Assembly (NCBI RefSeq): GCF_027921745.1
Contig: NC_079238.1
Span: forward strand, 1-64,000
From: Schizosaccharomyces osmophilus
Lineage: Eukaryota
DNA: 64,000 nt
Direction of reading: 5' to 3'
In this document: in pieces, positions 36,264-48,613 of the stretch
Layout of the letters: each line of letters starts with the position of its first letter
Position numbering within the stretch: the first letter of the stretch is position 1
Made by a program: the position numbers and the translations under genes
Notes under the pieces: model-generated
Database searches by the model: none
Told to the model about the DNA's origin: nothing
Seen by the model: the letters and a program-made list of their open reading frames with translations, nothing else

Positions 36264-39200
36264 ATGAAACTTTCTTGCTCATTCGTTTACGTATATGCGA
36301 TATTTTTGATTTGCTGCTTTTTCTTGCCAGCAACTGCTACCATTTTTACTCCTTATTCCAACTGCCCAGACTTGTTTTTTGATCATAGAAGTTTTACAGC
36401 TAATATTCCTTCTGCAGACATCACTCTAAGCAATGTAATGTATATTGGGAATGACCGATACCAAGTTACTATCAATTTCGAAGGTAACGAATTTATGTCA
36501 AAGAAATCCCTATCAGAATTGAAGCTATTCCTGAACAGCGAAACAATTGTTCTATATTCCAATATTTTGAATGTCGACAAGATTTTTGATACCTCAAAAT
36601 GGAGTACTACTGTTGTTGTCGCCGGTGATCGCAACGGCAATCAAGTATGCATGCCCCCTTTCCAAATTCAGTATGACTGGTGTTCGGGTGGCATACTAAA
36701 CCTAGGTGAATGCTTGTTATGGAAATTTCAAAAGTTTTACGACCATATAACCGGATGCTCGGTCGATAATTATGGAAACGCTCACTCAGACTCACCTACT
36801 TATTGCTGGACAGATAACGATATTACCTCCAGTTCAGCGATAAATAAAATCTCCACTCAAACGACGACCGAAAGTACTGGCAAGCATAATACGGCAAGAA
36901 AAACTTCCAGTCCCTCCAATAACATTGCTTCATCTACTGTGCAGAGTGGTTCTCCTTCACCTACTATTCCAGCTTTCGCTTCATTCCAGAGCAGTGAGAA
37001 ACAAATCAGCCACATACCTTCCTCGGTCCCACTTAGCAGCATAGGTTCAAATGGTATTGCTAGTTCAGCAGGAATTCGCAAGCCAGGATCAAGTGGTAGT
37101 TTTGTTTCTCATGTTCCACTTAGCAGCATAGGTCCCAACGTTATTGCTAGTTCAGCTGTAGTTAGCACTTCAGGATCTAGTAGTATTGCTGCTTCTTCGA
37201 TGCCTTTAAAAAGCTCAGCATCCATCGCAAAAGCTACTTCGGGGATTCCAATCAACAACTCGGGTCCTTCTGGTAGTATTACTTCATTTTCAGTGTTGGC
37301 AAGTTCAAAGCCAATTAAGGATGCTACTTCTTTAGATCTAATTACCAACTCAAGGTTTAACGGTAATGCCACTTTCTCGGTCCCTATTAGCAGCTCATGT
37401 TCCAGTGGTAGCCTTACGTCCTCAGTATCAATGAACAGCTCAGGCTTCAGCAGTAATGCTACTTGGTCATTTTCAGTTAGAGGCAGCTCAGGAATAGTTG
37501 GTAGTGTTGCTCCCACTTCTGCGTTGACAATATCAACGCCAATTTCGAATACTACATCGCCGATTCCTACTAGCACTACAGGATTCACCGATACTGTTGC
37601 TTCCTCGGTTCCAATTAGCAACAGTTCGGTATCCACTAGTTTCACTGTTTCCTCGATTCCTACCAGTACTTCAGGATTCAACAGTAGTGTTGCTTTCTCG
37701 ACCCCTATAAGCACTACAGGATTCAGTGGAAGTTTTGTTTCTCAGGTTTAAATTAGTAACAGCTCAATACCCACCAGTATTGCTGCTTCTACAGCCCCTA
37801 TAAGTAACGTAGGTCCCAACGGTAAAGCTGCTTCTTCGGTTCCTATTAACAGCTCAGCGTTCGTTGACAGAGTTACTTCCCCTTCCGCGTTGACAAATAC
37901 AACATCAGTCTCGAATGTTACATCGTCGGTTCCAACTAGCACTTCCGGATTCAGTGATACTTTTGTTTCTCAGGCTCCAACCAGCAACGTTTCGGTATCC
38001 ATTAGTGCTACTTTCTCAATACCAATGAACAGCTCAGGCTTCAGCAGTAATGCTACTTGGTCAGATTCAGATAGAGGCAGCTCAGGAACAGTTGGTAGCG
38101 TTGCTCCCACTTCTGCGTTGACAATATCAACGCCAATTTCGAATACTACATCGCCGATTCCTACTAGCACTACAGGATTCACCGATACTGTTGCTTCCTC
38201 GGTTCCAATTAGCAACAGTTCGGTATCCACTAGTTTTACTGTTTCCTCGATTCCTACCAGTACTTCAAGATTCAACAGTAGTGTTGCTTTCTCGACCCCT
38301 ACTAGCACTACAGGAATCAAGAATAGTGCAGCTACCTCAACTCTTACTAGCCGCAATGGTGCAACTACTTCTAACGTTTCAATGAGGTACTCAGGTTCTA
38401 GTAGCATAAGTTTCTCTTCTTTGTTGGCGAGATCAACGCCGATTTTGAATGATACTTCTTCAGCTGCAATGATCAGTTCAGGATCAAGCGTTGTTGCTGC
38501 GTCCTCGATCCGGCTGAGCAGTCCAGTTTCTAGAGATACTGTTGCTTCCCCGACTCGTGCTAACAGCTCAGCACTCCGTAGCAGAGTTACTTCCTCTTCT
38601 TTGATGACAAATTCAGCGACAGTCGCAAATAATGTTTCTAGTAACGTAGGTCCCAACGGTAAAGCTGCTTCTTCGGTTCCTATTAACAGCTCAGCATTCG
38701 TTGACAGAGCTACTTCCTCTTCCGCGTTGACAAATACAACATCAGTCTCGAATGTTACATCGTCGGTTCCAACTAGTACTACAGGATTCACCGATACTGT
38801 TGCTTCCTCGGTCCCAATTAGCAACAGTTCGGTATCCACTAGTTTTACTGTTCCCTTGATTCCTACCAGTACTTCAGGATTCAACAGTAGTGTTGCTTTC
38901 TCGACCCCTATAAGCACTACAGGATTCAGTGGAAGTTTTGTTTCTCAGGTTCCAATTAGTAACAGCTCAATACCCACCAGTATTGCTGCTTCTACAGCCC
39001 CTATCAGCAGCTTAGATTCCAACGGTAGTGTTACTAGATCTGTTCCAACTAGTAGCACAGGACCCAACGTTAGCACCTTAGGTTTCACTAGCAGTTTTGC
39101 TTCCTCGGTCCCTACTACCTTTTCAGGATTCAATGGCAATTTTATTTCTCAGATTCCAACTAGCAACAGCTCAATATCCACCAGTATTGCTGCTTCTACA

Positions 39201-41039
39201 GCCCCTATTAGTAACGTAGGTCCCAACGGTAAAGCTGCTTCTTCGGTTCCTATTAACAGCTCAGCGTTCGTTGACAGAGTTACTTCCTCTTCTGCGTTGA
39301 GAAATACAACATCAGTCTCGAATGTTACATCGTCGGTTCCAACTAGCACTTCCGGATTCAGTGATACTTTTGTTTCTCAGGCTCCAACCAGCAACGTTTC
39401 GGTATCCATTAGTGCTACTTTCTCAATACCAATGAACAGCTCAGGCTTCAGCAGTAATGCTACTTGGTCAGATTCAGATAGAGGCAGCTCAGGAACAGTT
39501 GGTAGCGTTGCTCCCACTTCTGCGTTGACAATATCAACGCCAATTTCGAATACTACATCGCCGATTCCTACTAGCACTACAGGATTCACCGATACTGTTG
39601 CTTCCTCGGTTCCAATTAGCAACAGTTCGGTATCCACTAGTTTTACTGTTTCCTCGATTCCTACCAGTACTTCAGGATTCAACAGTAGTGTTGCTTTCTC
39701 GACCCCTATAAGCACTAGAAAATCCGGTGGCAGTTTTGTTACTCAGGCCCCAACTAGCAACATATCTGGATTCACTAATGTCACTGCTTTTTCAGCTCCT
39801 ATTAGTAGCTTAGCTCTCAACGGTAGTGCTACATCCTCAATACCTATTACCAGCTCAGGATTCACCGGTACTGTTGCTTTCACGGTTCCGATTAACAACA
39901 GTTCGGTATCCATTAGTGCTACTTCCTCAATACCAATATATAGATCAGGATTCAGCAGTACTGTTGCTTCCCCGGCTCCTATTAACAGCTCGAGATCCAC
40001 TAGTTTGATTGCTCAATCAGCTCCAGTTAGTAGCTTAGGATCCAATGGTAATAGTACTTCAACTCCAATTAGCATTTCAAAACTTAGTGGCAGTTTTGCT
40101 TCCTCGGTTCCTACTACCTTTTCAGGGTTCAATGGTAATGCCACTTTCTCGGTCCCTATTAGCAGCTCATGTTCCAGTGGTAGCCTTACGTCTTCAGTAT
40201 CAATGAACAGCTCAGGCTTCAGCAGTAATGCTACTTGGTCAATTTCAGTTAGAGGCAGCTCAGGAATAGTTGGTAGTGTTGCTCCCACTTCTGCGATGAC
40301 AAGATCAACGCCAATTTCGAATACTACATCGCCGATTCCTACTAGCACTACAGGATTCACCGATACTGTTGCTTCCTCGGCTCCAATTAGCAACAGTTCG
40401 GTATCCACTAGTTTTACTGTTTCCTCGATTCCTACCAGTACTTCAGGATTCAACAGTAGTGTTGCTTTCTTAACTCCTATAAGCACTACAGGATTCAGTG
40501 GCTATTTTGTTTCTCAGGTTCCAAATAGCGACAGCTCGGTATCCACCAGTATTGCCGCTTCATCAGCTTCAACTAATAACTCAGGTTTCCGTCGTATTAC
40601 TAGTTCTTTCAAGCCAGTAGGTACTTCAACTGTCAGTGATGGTGATTCAACTTCTACTCTGTTAATTACTCCGAAAGAAGGGGTTGCAGATAGCTTCGTT
40701 AGTTTCCCTAATGTTACATATTCGAGTGCTAGTTCTTTTCTTCCTTGGCCAAAACTTTCAGCTAATTTCTCCGACACTAGGTACGGGAACTCTTCCGCTA
40801 ATGGTTTCGTGACGGCTTCGACTCCTATTGCTTCTAGCAGGATTCTTAGTGCTACTGTAGTTTCCAGTTTATCTAGCAATTCACATTGTAATGCTAGTAA
40901 TACTTCAAAGCTTAGTTCACAAGCCGCTAGCGCTAGTAGCCAATCGTCGATTATTGATTCTGTTGCATCAGCAGGATCAAAAGTTTCTTCTTTTTTGGTC
41001 CTCTTTGTTTCCTTTGTTAGTCTCTGGATACTTGCTTGA
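36264..41039 (+). pseudogene. Flo11-domain adhesin with Ser/Thr repeat stalk and GPI-like tail, interrupted by one in-frame TAA at 37749-37751
   Basis: Signal peptide; YQVTINFEG..LSELKL..CMPPFQIQYDW Flo11-like domain; ORFs 36264-37751 and 37890-41039 are in the same frame; hydrophobic C-terminus. Confidence 0.85.
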
Positions 41040-41146
41040 TCTGTAAATTAGGATTTTAGGACTTTAGGGATTAACATCAGTATGCACGCTCTTAATATGA
41101 ATTTGAGCAGTCTGGGAATTTGGGAATGATCGATCTGTATCAGGTA

Positions 41147-41400
41147 TGTCACAACTCGATATTACACTTGTCAAGAACCAACGTATTGTATAATCATAAT
41201 AATACAAAAGAGTCTCGTATTACAAATTGTAAACAACGCAAAGAATTTAAGGAACTGAAGGAAATGATATGATGCATTACCTTACCTATACCAGAAAATT
41301 ACATAACAGAAAGTAGTCAAATTTTTTAATTTGTATTGGAAGATTCGACTAATCTGGGATTAAAAAATCTGGTTGCCGTTCATTGATCACACAATCTCAG
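41147..41400 (-). mobile_element. Diverged LTR remnant
   Basis: TGTCACAAC start, TTACAAATTGTAAAC and TTGGAAGATTCGACT motifs shared with other LTRs. Confidence 0.5.
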
Positions 41401-41413
41401 CTGCGATATATGC

Positions 41414-42162
41414 TGTCACAGACGAGATCTCACTTGTTATGAGATTAAGTTATCAGTGGAAAAAAATAGTTACAATTTTAGTAAAATGTATGTTCTATAT
41501 TAAATGGGATGCTTTGGTACTACTTAGATTGAATAGTAATAGCTTCCAGGGATCTGATTCACTAAGCAAGTTGTATGTACAATTTATTTAGCTAGATCAG
41601 TCAAGTCTTCCAATCTGAAGATTTTCCAGGTAGCTTACATTTTTATAATTTGTAACAAAATCTTTGTCTAAAACTATTTTCTTTGTTTATTCATTACATT
41701 CACGAATCCTTATAATACAATTATAATTTCACGACATAAGTAATATCGTAAATGGGTGTCACAGGACGAATCTCACTTGTTATGAGAATAAGTATTCAGT
41801 GGAAAAGATGTAAGTAATAACAATTCATAAAATTGTATCTTTGACTTTTAAATTGGATACTTTTGTACTATAGAAGAATAGTAACAGCTTCCAGGGATCT
41901 GATTCACTAAGTAAGTTGTATGAACAATTTTATTTAGCTAGATCAGTCAAATCTTCCAATCTGAAGATTTGAGCTTCCATTAGAGGTATATATATCTTTC
42001 TAGGATTAGTCAGCTTCTATATAACTTTAGTTCTAGATTTATAAAATTTTTAATGGCAAAAATGAAAATTTAGTTTTGTAATAACGTATTTGATAATACA
42101 ATACATTTATTGTATCAAGATATTAGTAATATCGTATACCGGTTATGACAATGGGTATGACG
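41414..42162 (+). mobile_element. Older solo LTR interrupted near its end by a younger LTR
   Basis: TGTCACAGACG start; terminus split as ..AATATCGTAAATGGG | ATGGG TATGAC. Confidence 0.8.
41757..42150 (+). mobile_element. Solo LTR with a perfect 5-bp TSD (ATGGG), nested in another LTR
   Basis: TGTCACAGG...GTTATGACA flanked by ATGGG at 41752-41756 and 42151-42155. Confidence 0.93.
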
Positions 42163-42314
42163 TACTGTGCTAACCCTTCAATTCGTTACAAATCTGTATA
42201 TGATGCATTTACCAAATACCAACTACCAACAACAAAGAATTCCGAAAAGTGAATTGATGCTCTGACTCTTTACATAAACCAGGAAATTTTTTATTTTTTT
42301 ATTTATTTAATAAA

Positions 42315-43127
42315 ATGGGTGAAGAATCACAAATGCAAGGTGAAAATTTGTTAGCCCACGATGAGTATTTGTATACGAATGAATATGGTATCCCTCCTCC
42401 AAGACAGGAGAACGTTACGGAATTAAGTCGCTATTTAAATGATTTAAGAAATGCCCTCAATGAGAAAAATTATTTTTTCCAGAGGCATGAGTTGGAACAA
42501 AGCCTTGAACGAATTGCTTTACGAAACCGAGAAATGAATGTTCAAAACGAAGAGTATGAAAGAACTGTCATTCATTTTACAAATAATATGCGTGCACTTG
42601 AACAATTACGTGCGATCGAAAGCCGCTTGAACCACTACAGAAATGAAGAGGAAACAAATAACAGTCAACCTCCACAATGGTTTGTCAATTTTTTAAATGA
42701 TCCTAATGGTGGGTTCCTCTCTCTGAAACAGGGAGTAGGTTCCCTAAGGCAGGAAGTAGGTTCCATAAGGCAGGAAGTGGTCTTAATGGAACAACGACAA
42801 AATTTGCGATTCGATGGAATAGATCAAAAGCTGAATAAACAGGAGTATCGATACTATAGATTGCACAACATTCAGATGAGGTCTTTAGGGAAATCGATTG
42901 ATATTGTTCCATATTTAAATGGTCAATTACCGGACATTGATTTACCGCGAATTTATTCAATTGAAGATATAGAGAGGTTAACAAAAGACCAATGTACTAG
43001 GTATCTCAACGGTTACGGAATTCGATTTGGGCCGAACGAGACGATAAAGTTGAAAGAGCGTATTCGTGATGCCGTTGGGTTACACTCTGTTACAGATGCC
43101 GAGTTTCGTTTTTCTGGGTTTCACTAG
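42315..43127 (+). CDS. Mug135/Tdk1-like protein (coiled-coil stalk plus Mug135-C/DUF1773-like domain), copy A
   Basis: PPQWF motif, heptad repeats, VPYLNG..LPRIYSIEDIERLT..C..YL.GYGI......LKERIRDAVG. Confidence 0.85.
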   Translation: MGEESQMQGENLLAHDEYLYTNEYGIPPPRQENVTELSRYLNDLRNALNEKNYFFQRHELEQSLERIALRNREMNVQNEEYERTVIHFTNNMRALEQLRAIESRLNHYRNEEETNNSQPPQWFVNFLNDPNGGFLSLKQGVGSLRQEVGSIRQEVVLMEQRQNLRFDGIDQKLNKQEYRYYRLHNIQMRSLGKSIDIVPYLNGQLPDIDLPRIYSIEDIERLTKDQCTRYLNGYGIRFGPNETIKLKERIRDAVGLHSVTDAEFRFSGFH

Positions 43128-43681
43128 ATGTTTCTTATTTTATTTTTAGTAAAAAACCCCGATTGGGAGAAGCTTTTCGAGCGTATCGAGTCATTCTTTA
43201 ATTAAAGCATGAATTTATTAATTCGCATGATTATTATATTGTATGGCATTTTTTAATTCTGCGTGACAGTACAATCAATCGGAGGAACTCTGAAATCGTA
43301 ACATGCTACGAGGCAAAGTATCTGTAGCGGTATTATAGTGAAAGACAAACTAAAATCAAAGAAAGATCAGTAAAGTATTATTACTTAAAGTTTCTCTCTT
43401 TACCTCCAAGCTTCTGGATTACCACATAAGTACTAACTGTTACAATGCAAAATCTTCCTAATCGAAGATTTTGTAGTCCGAACTAACTTGCTCGTTCTGT
43501 AGCATCCCATTGGTATTACTAAAGACGTTACTATAATAGGCCTTTCCAAATAACACATTATTGTCCAATGTTTTATAATGCTTATTTGCAAAGGGGTGAA
43601 AAGGTTAGAAGAAGTGGTTTTGTAAAAGTAACTACTAAATCTTTGGATATGTATGTGTGAACGATCCTGTGATACTGTACC

Positions 43682-44030
43682 TGTCACAACTGTATTAAGT
43701 TAAGACAGAGTGTATGGTTTTGAAGGTTGAATGAGTTGTAGTTGTATAGATTGCAATCCACTAAATGTGTTCTATACATGTTTGCAGGGTCCAGTTACTT
43801 GAGTAGCTAAATTAACGACGACTCGAATTATCAAGCCAGATCAGTCGAATCTTCCAATCTGAAGATTTGTACTTCCAACCGGAGATATATAAATATCTTC
43901 TAAAGTAGATATCATTGTTCCTTCTGATACAGTTTGTTTACAATTTGTAATAAAGGGATACTTTTGTATTATTTACCGTAATCCGATAAGTGTATCAAGA
44001 GAATAGTAATATCGTAATTGGATTATGACA
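43682..44030 (+). mobile_element. Solo LTR of a second, diverged subfamily
   Basis: TGTCACAAC...ATTATGACA; shared ATCTTCCAATCTGAAGATTT core; TATATAAATA at 43886. Confidence 0.8.
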
Positions 44031-44263
44031 GACGGAGGCCACACTTTCGAGGTGTTGAACATCGTTAAAGTCTAACGTGGTTGACAGCATCCTTATTCTA
44101 CCCTCTTCTATCCATTTGACTGTTCGTAAACACAGCGCCATCATAACTGAAAGCAAATGCCAAAGTTCTTTCGGTTTGTCTAATAAGTTGCTTCAATAAA
44201 CTAATTCTAATTCTCTTTAAACCTTGCTTTCGTTTTTTTTTTCATTGTTTGGGCCCAAAAAAA

Positions 44264-45043
44264 ATGAACCAAGATTTGTTTTCAAACCCATTTGGAATTG
44301 CTCCACCGTCTAACGATTCTTTTGCAGCGCTCTCAAAGTTTACATATGAATTCGCAGAGGCGATTCCCCAAGATAGATTTGATTCATTCAAAAGTAAACT
44401 GGCGAGCCTTCACAAAGCAGTTACTTCTAAACTAGAAGGAGGAGAGACTCGTCCACGAGATGACATGTCTGAAGTTCGACGGATACTTCAGGAGCTTAGG
44501 GAAGGGCAATCCGAGCTTAGGGAAGGGCAATCCGAGCTTAGGGAAGGACAAACCAATCTCAGAGAAGAGATGATCCAAGGAATATCGAGGTTGGAAGGAC
44601 GAGTTGACTCTTTTGCTAACGATTTCCGGTCAAACAACGCTGAAACTTTTTCACGCATGAATCGAAATGAAAACAGAATTAACATGACAAGATCTTCATC
44701 GCAGAGATCTGAAAACATTATTAACAGAGTTGCGGCCAAGAACACAAAACCAATTCCGTTTGTTAATGGACAAGAACCTCCAAATGACTTGCCTGAGTTA
44801 CTAAATATCTCCGACGTTGACAGTTTGAATTTAAACCAATTGAAAACGTACGTGAAGGGTTATGACCAGAGCTTTGATGAGAATGAGCCTCAAGCATCTC
44901 TTAAAAGAAAGCTTGCTGATTATTCTGGATTTATCACACCACAAGAAAGTTTGTATGAGTTTTCTGAAGGCAATGAAACCCTTCGAGATGTAGGGAATAT
45001 AAATAGTACACCAAGCCTAAGGCGGACGTCTCGTCGTCATTGA
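44264..45043 (+). CDS. Diverged Mug135/Tdk1-like protein with 21-bp ELREGQS repeats, copy B
   Basis: NPFGIAPP (cf. NEYGIPPP), coiled coil, IPFVNG..P..LPEL.NISDVD.L....LK.YV.GY. Confidence 0.8.
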   Translation: MNQDLFSNPFGIAPPSNDSFAALSKFTYEFAEAIPQDRFDSFKSKLASLHKAVTSKLEGGETRPRDDMSEVRRILQELREGQSELREGQSELREGQTNLREEMIQGISRLEGRVDSFANDFRSNNAETFSRMNRNENRINMTRSSSQRSENIINRVAAKNTKPIPFVNGQEPPNDLPELLNISDVDSLNLNQLKTYVKGYDQSFDENEPQASLKRKLADYSGFITPQESLYEFSEGNETLRDVGNINSTPSLRRTSRRH

Positions 45044-45542
45044 CGAATGTGTACGACAGAATCGGAAATTTCGAAGCTTCTTTTGAGACTTTGAAATTGC
45101 TGACTTTTATATCAAAATTTAGATAATTTCTGATTTGTCGCCTTCTGCTTTTTTAAATTATTATCGGCTGGTAAATTATCTACTTGGAACTCTTCTTTTC
45201 CTAGTTTCTACGTTTTATAGAAAGGTAAGAATTGGTCGTAGTTGTTAAGAGTACCTATTCATTCCGTATCATTTTTTTTGTAAGTAACTTTGCGCTAGTA
45301 ATCAATCACACTTGATACAGGATATAGATAATTCTGCCGTTTTTGCAAATTACATCCAAAAGTCACTTTTTGAATTAATTTACAGAATCTATTTACATAA
45401 AATGTATAGACTTTTATAGATAGAAACCTTCTTTAGCGCCTGTAAAGATGCGTACCCATAGGAAGGTAATGGAAAGGATGTTCACATCAAAATATTCTAA
45501 AAATAGGAAAGAGATAAAAGATAATGTTTTAACAAGTAGTTT

Positions 45543-45666
45543 GTATACGGCCACACATAGGCGAAAACACCAAGTTCCCGTCCGATCACTGCAGTTAAGC
45601 GCCTGGGGGTCTCTTAGTTTAGTACCATGGTTGGAGACAACATGGGAATTCGGGATGCCGTAGGCT
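45543..45666 (+). pseudogene. Diverged 5S rRNA copy
   Basis: Many substitutions and small insertions relative to the other three copies; no immediate T-run. Confidence 0.85.
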
Positions 45667-46026
45667 ACTTCTAAGTTTTTCTGATTTTCTTTCTGTATTT
45701 TTAACTTTCCCTCTACAAATGATATGGCTACGTTTAATATCATTTCCTTGAGCCAATGCACTATGCTATGTAAACGTTCACTTGTCCAAAGTTGAAACGA
45801 ACCATGCAGTTTGGATGCTTTGTGTTCAACGGACTCAGTAATGTCAAAAAACAATAGAAACAACTTAAACAAAAAATAACGTAAACAAGGTTGTTATAAT
45901 ACCAAAAACGTAGCATATCTATTATGACATGCATGAAGGAAAGATAGAAAAGATGACTTTTAATAGATAAAACACTGTTTTTTTATCATTTAATAACGCT
46001 GAAAATACAAAAAAAAGCAAAAAAAA

Positions 46027-46970
46027 TCACTTACTTCCCAAATTCCCTGCGCTTTCAACTTTCTTAGATTGACTCGGTTTCTGTTGTCTTACGTATTGTT
46101 CATAATATTCAGAAGATGCTTCCTTGTTCTTGTTCGGCTGATATTGAGACTCGCTTGGAAATGCATTCAGTAAAATATAGTTATCATCCATCGAGTATTT
46201 CTTTCCAACGGCATACTGAAACTGAAAGCAGCTGTAATCGCAGAAGCAATTGGGGTAATTCCAGAAGCGATCCAAAAACCAATTGCAGAAAATATAGAAA
46301 ATATAGAATCAAGTACGGGAATCTCAGAAACAACTAGAGGAATTAATATAACGATAAAATCCACCAACACTAAAAGTACTCCATTAGTAAACATATCAAA
46401 CAAAAATTCCACCATTCCACTTACGTGAAAAAACAAATAACAACATGTAAAAAGCTACGACAACAAGAACAACTTCTACAATAGCTTGAAACAATGTCCA
46501 TACAGATTCTTTCATCGATTCCTTTATAAAAGGGACAAGGAAAAGGTAAGAAAAGAAAAAGTTCAATACGATTGAACCAATAAAGCACCAAGCAAGCCGA
46601 AGAGGTTCATTCTCCTGTCTTCGTTTAGCCTCAGGAATTCCCGCAATTTTTGCCGCCAGAAAATCAACCACAATAATGCCGTCAAGACATTTCGTCAAAA
46701 CATAAAGAATCCACTTCCTCGTACCATGTTGGTAGACGCTTCTTGATGTCTGCTTCCTGAGTATGGTGGCTCTGGGTCAAAATGTAAACATAAGCAACCT
46801 TTCTCAATATCGTCCAGACGAGAAGAAGGAAAATCGTTACATCACGATTAAAGAGTTGTCTGAACTAGCAGAAGAATCTAAGCAAGTAAGTTCATAGGGC
46901 TTGACGGCTTTAAGTTGCTTTTCTTTTTCTTTTTGGTTCTTTTTTTTATTTAAAGCACCAGCTGCATTAA
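46027..46970 (-). pseudogene. Spliced multi-transmembrane gene or pseudogene beside the 5S pseudogene; start codon not identified
   Basis: Intron 46370-46424 (GTAAGT..TACTAAT..TAG) joins two hydrophobic ORFs in frame; further candidate donors at 46840 and 46216. Confidence 0.55.
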
Positions 46971-47330
46971 ATTACTTTTCAAACGGTCAGAACGATTCGC
47001 AAAACCAACCCAAGCCGTAAGCGGTTGAGAATCGCATAAAGCTCACATAATATTTCCTAAATCACGGCACAAACAAGACCAAAGAACTATTTAAGCCATT
47101 CAAGAAAAGAGAAACCAAACCGCAATGGCAATGACTACGGATTTGTTGAGGCGCAAGCTGTCATCCAATTTTGGCCCTCTTTTGCTGCTTTCGCTTATAT
47201 ACCACTTTGCGCTAAACCATAGGTATTGTTATTTGTTAGTTTACAAAGTAGTTAGTTACCTCTGCCAAACAACATATTCTTCTAGCAGCAACAATTTAAT
47301 TATATTTCATGAAATGAAATATGTCACAGG

Positions 47331-47719
47331 TGCCACAGGATGAATCTTACTTGTGAGAATAAGTATTCAGTGGAAAAGATGTAAGTAATAACAATTCATA
47401 AAATTGTATATTTGACTTATAAGTTGGATGCCTTTGTACTATAGAAAAATAGTAATAGCTTCCAGGGATCTGATTCACCAAGTAAGTTGTATGAACGATT
47501 TATTTAGCTAGATCAGTCAAATCTTCCAATCTGAAGATTTGCCAGGTAATTTACATTTTTTATAATTTGTAATAAAGTCTTTGTCTAAGAGTATTTTCTT
47601 TGTCTTCTTTCAATTCTTTGTTTCAAGAGTTTCTTTGTTTATTCATTACTTTCATGAATCCTTATTGTTATACAATAATAATATCAGAATATTAGTAATA
47701 TCGTATACCAGTTATGACA
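47331..47719 (+). mobile_element. Solo LTR with duplicated terminal stubs
   Basis: TGTCACAGG TGCCACAGG...GTTATGACA ATGACA. Confidence 0.85.
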
Positions 47720-47725
47720 ATGACA

Positions 47726-48057
47726 TATTGAATAAATAATAAGACTAAAGGATAAAATATTACAAATGGTAAACAATACAAAGAAATTTCGATACTAACA
47801 AATCGGACAGTCCTTCGAAACAGAAGTCTCTCAAAAAAGGACTCCTTAATTAAAAAACAGATAAAATACGTTAACTATTTTAGAAAAGATATATTAACAA
47901 TGAATCCACAGTCGAATTCTCCAGATTGGAAGATTCAACCGGTTTGGCTAAATAATTCGAGTCGTCGTTTATTTAGCTACTCAAGTAACTGGACCCTGCA
48001 AAAACGTATAGAACACATTTAGTGGATTACAATCTATACAATTACATACACTGGACA
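47726..48057 (-). mobile_element. LTR remnant of the second subfamily, inverted relative to 43682-44030
   Basis: TAGCTACTCAAGTAACTGGACCCTGCA and TAGAACACATTTAGTGGATT are reverse complements of blocks in 43682-44030. Confidence 0.7.
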
Positions 48058-48130
48058 GCACTTGATATGCACTATAAGTATTATAAGGTTCCAGTGAGGA
48101 GAAAAGTAATTAAAAGGTTAAGCAAGACAT

Positions 48131-48613
48131 TCAAGAGGTAATAGCATCAATTGTAACGCCAATACAGTCGCTGTTACCGTTACCTTTGCCGTAATAAATT
48201 TGATACACTTCGTTTGTATTAGTAATAGGACATGCGACAGGAAAAGTATTGTTCAAATGAAGCTCATATCCAACGGAAGAAATTTGTTTAGCCTCGAAAC
48301 CTGATACAGGAAAACCAGAGGATTCAAAAAAAAGAGCACCGTTTTTGTCAAGGGAAGCATGCTCATTATTATAGAACAATTCAGAGTTTTTTAGTGTAAA
48401 GCTACCAGATCCGACACCGCTATCCGCATAAACATAGCCAAATTGACCTATAGTAAATGGATGTAGCTGAACATTTTGCTTATAGGGGTGAAGAGCCATA
48501 ATACTAAATGTTTGATTAAGGGAATATGCCGACTCGGAAATTGAGGATACCAAAGTTAAACTGGCAATACCAAAAAGAGTAAGAAGAAGGACAGCAGACA
48601 ATGAAAACTTCAT
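48131..48613 (-). CDS. Small secreted cell-wall protein, paralog of 32569-33075
   Basis: MKFSLSA signal peptide, FSIMALH, FPVAC, EVYQIYYGKGN..DC. Confidence 0.85.
   Translation of the reverse strand: MKFSLSAVLLLTLFGIASLTLVSSISESAYSLNQTFSIMALHPYKQNVQLHPFTIGQFGYVYADSGVGSGSFTLKNSELFYNNEHASLDKNGALFFESSGFPVSGFEAKQISSVGYELHLNNTFPVACPITNTNEVYQIYYGKGNGNSDCIGVTIDAITS

Noticed and set aside
37109..40879. Long minus-strand ORFs across the adhesin
   Set aside because: Antisense shadows of Ser/Thr-rich repeats.
45414..45872. 152-aa minus-strand ORF
   Set aside because: Runs antisense through the 5S pseudogene; non-ATG start.
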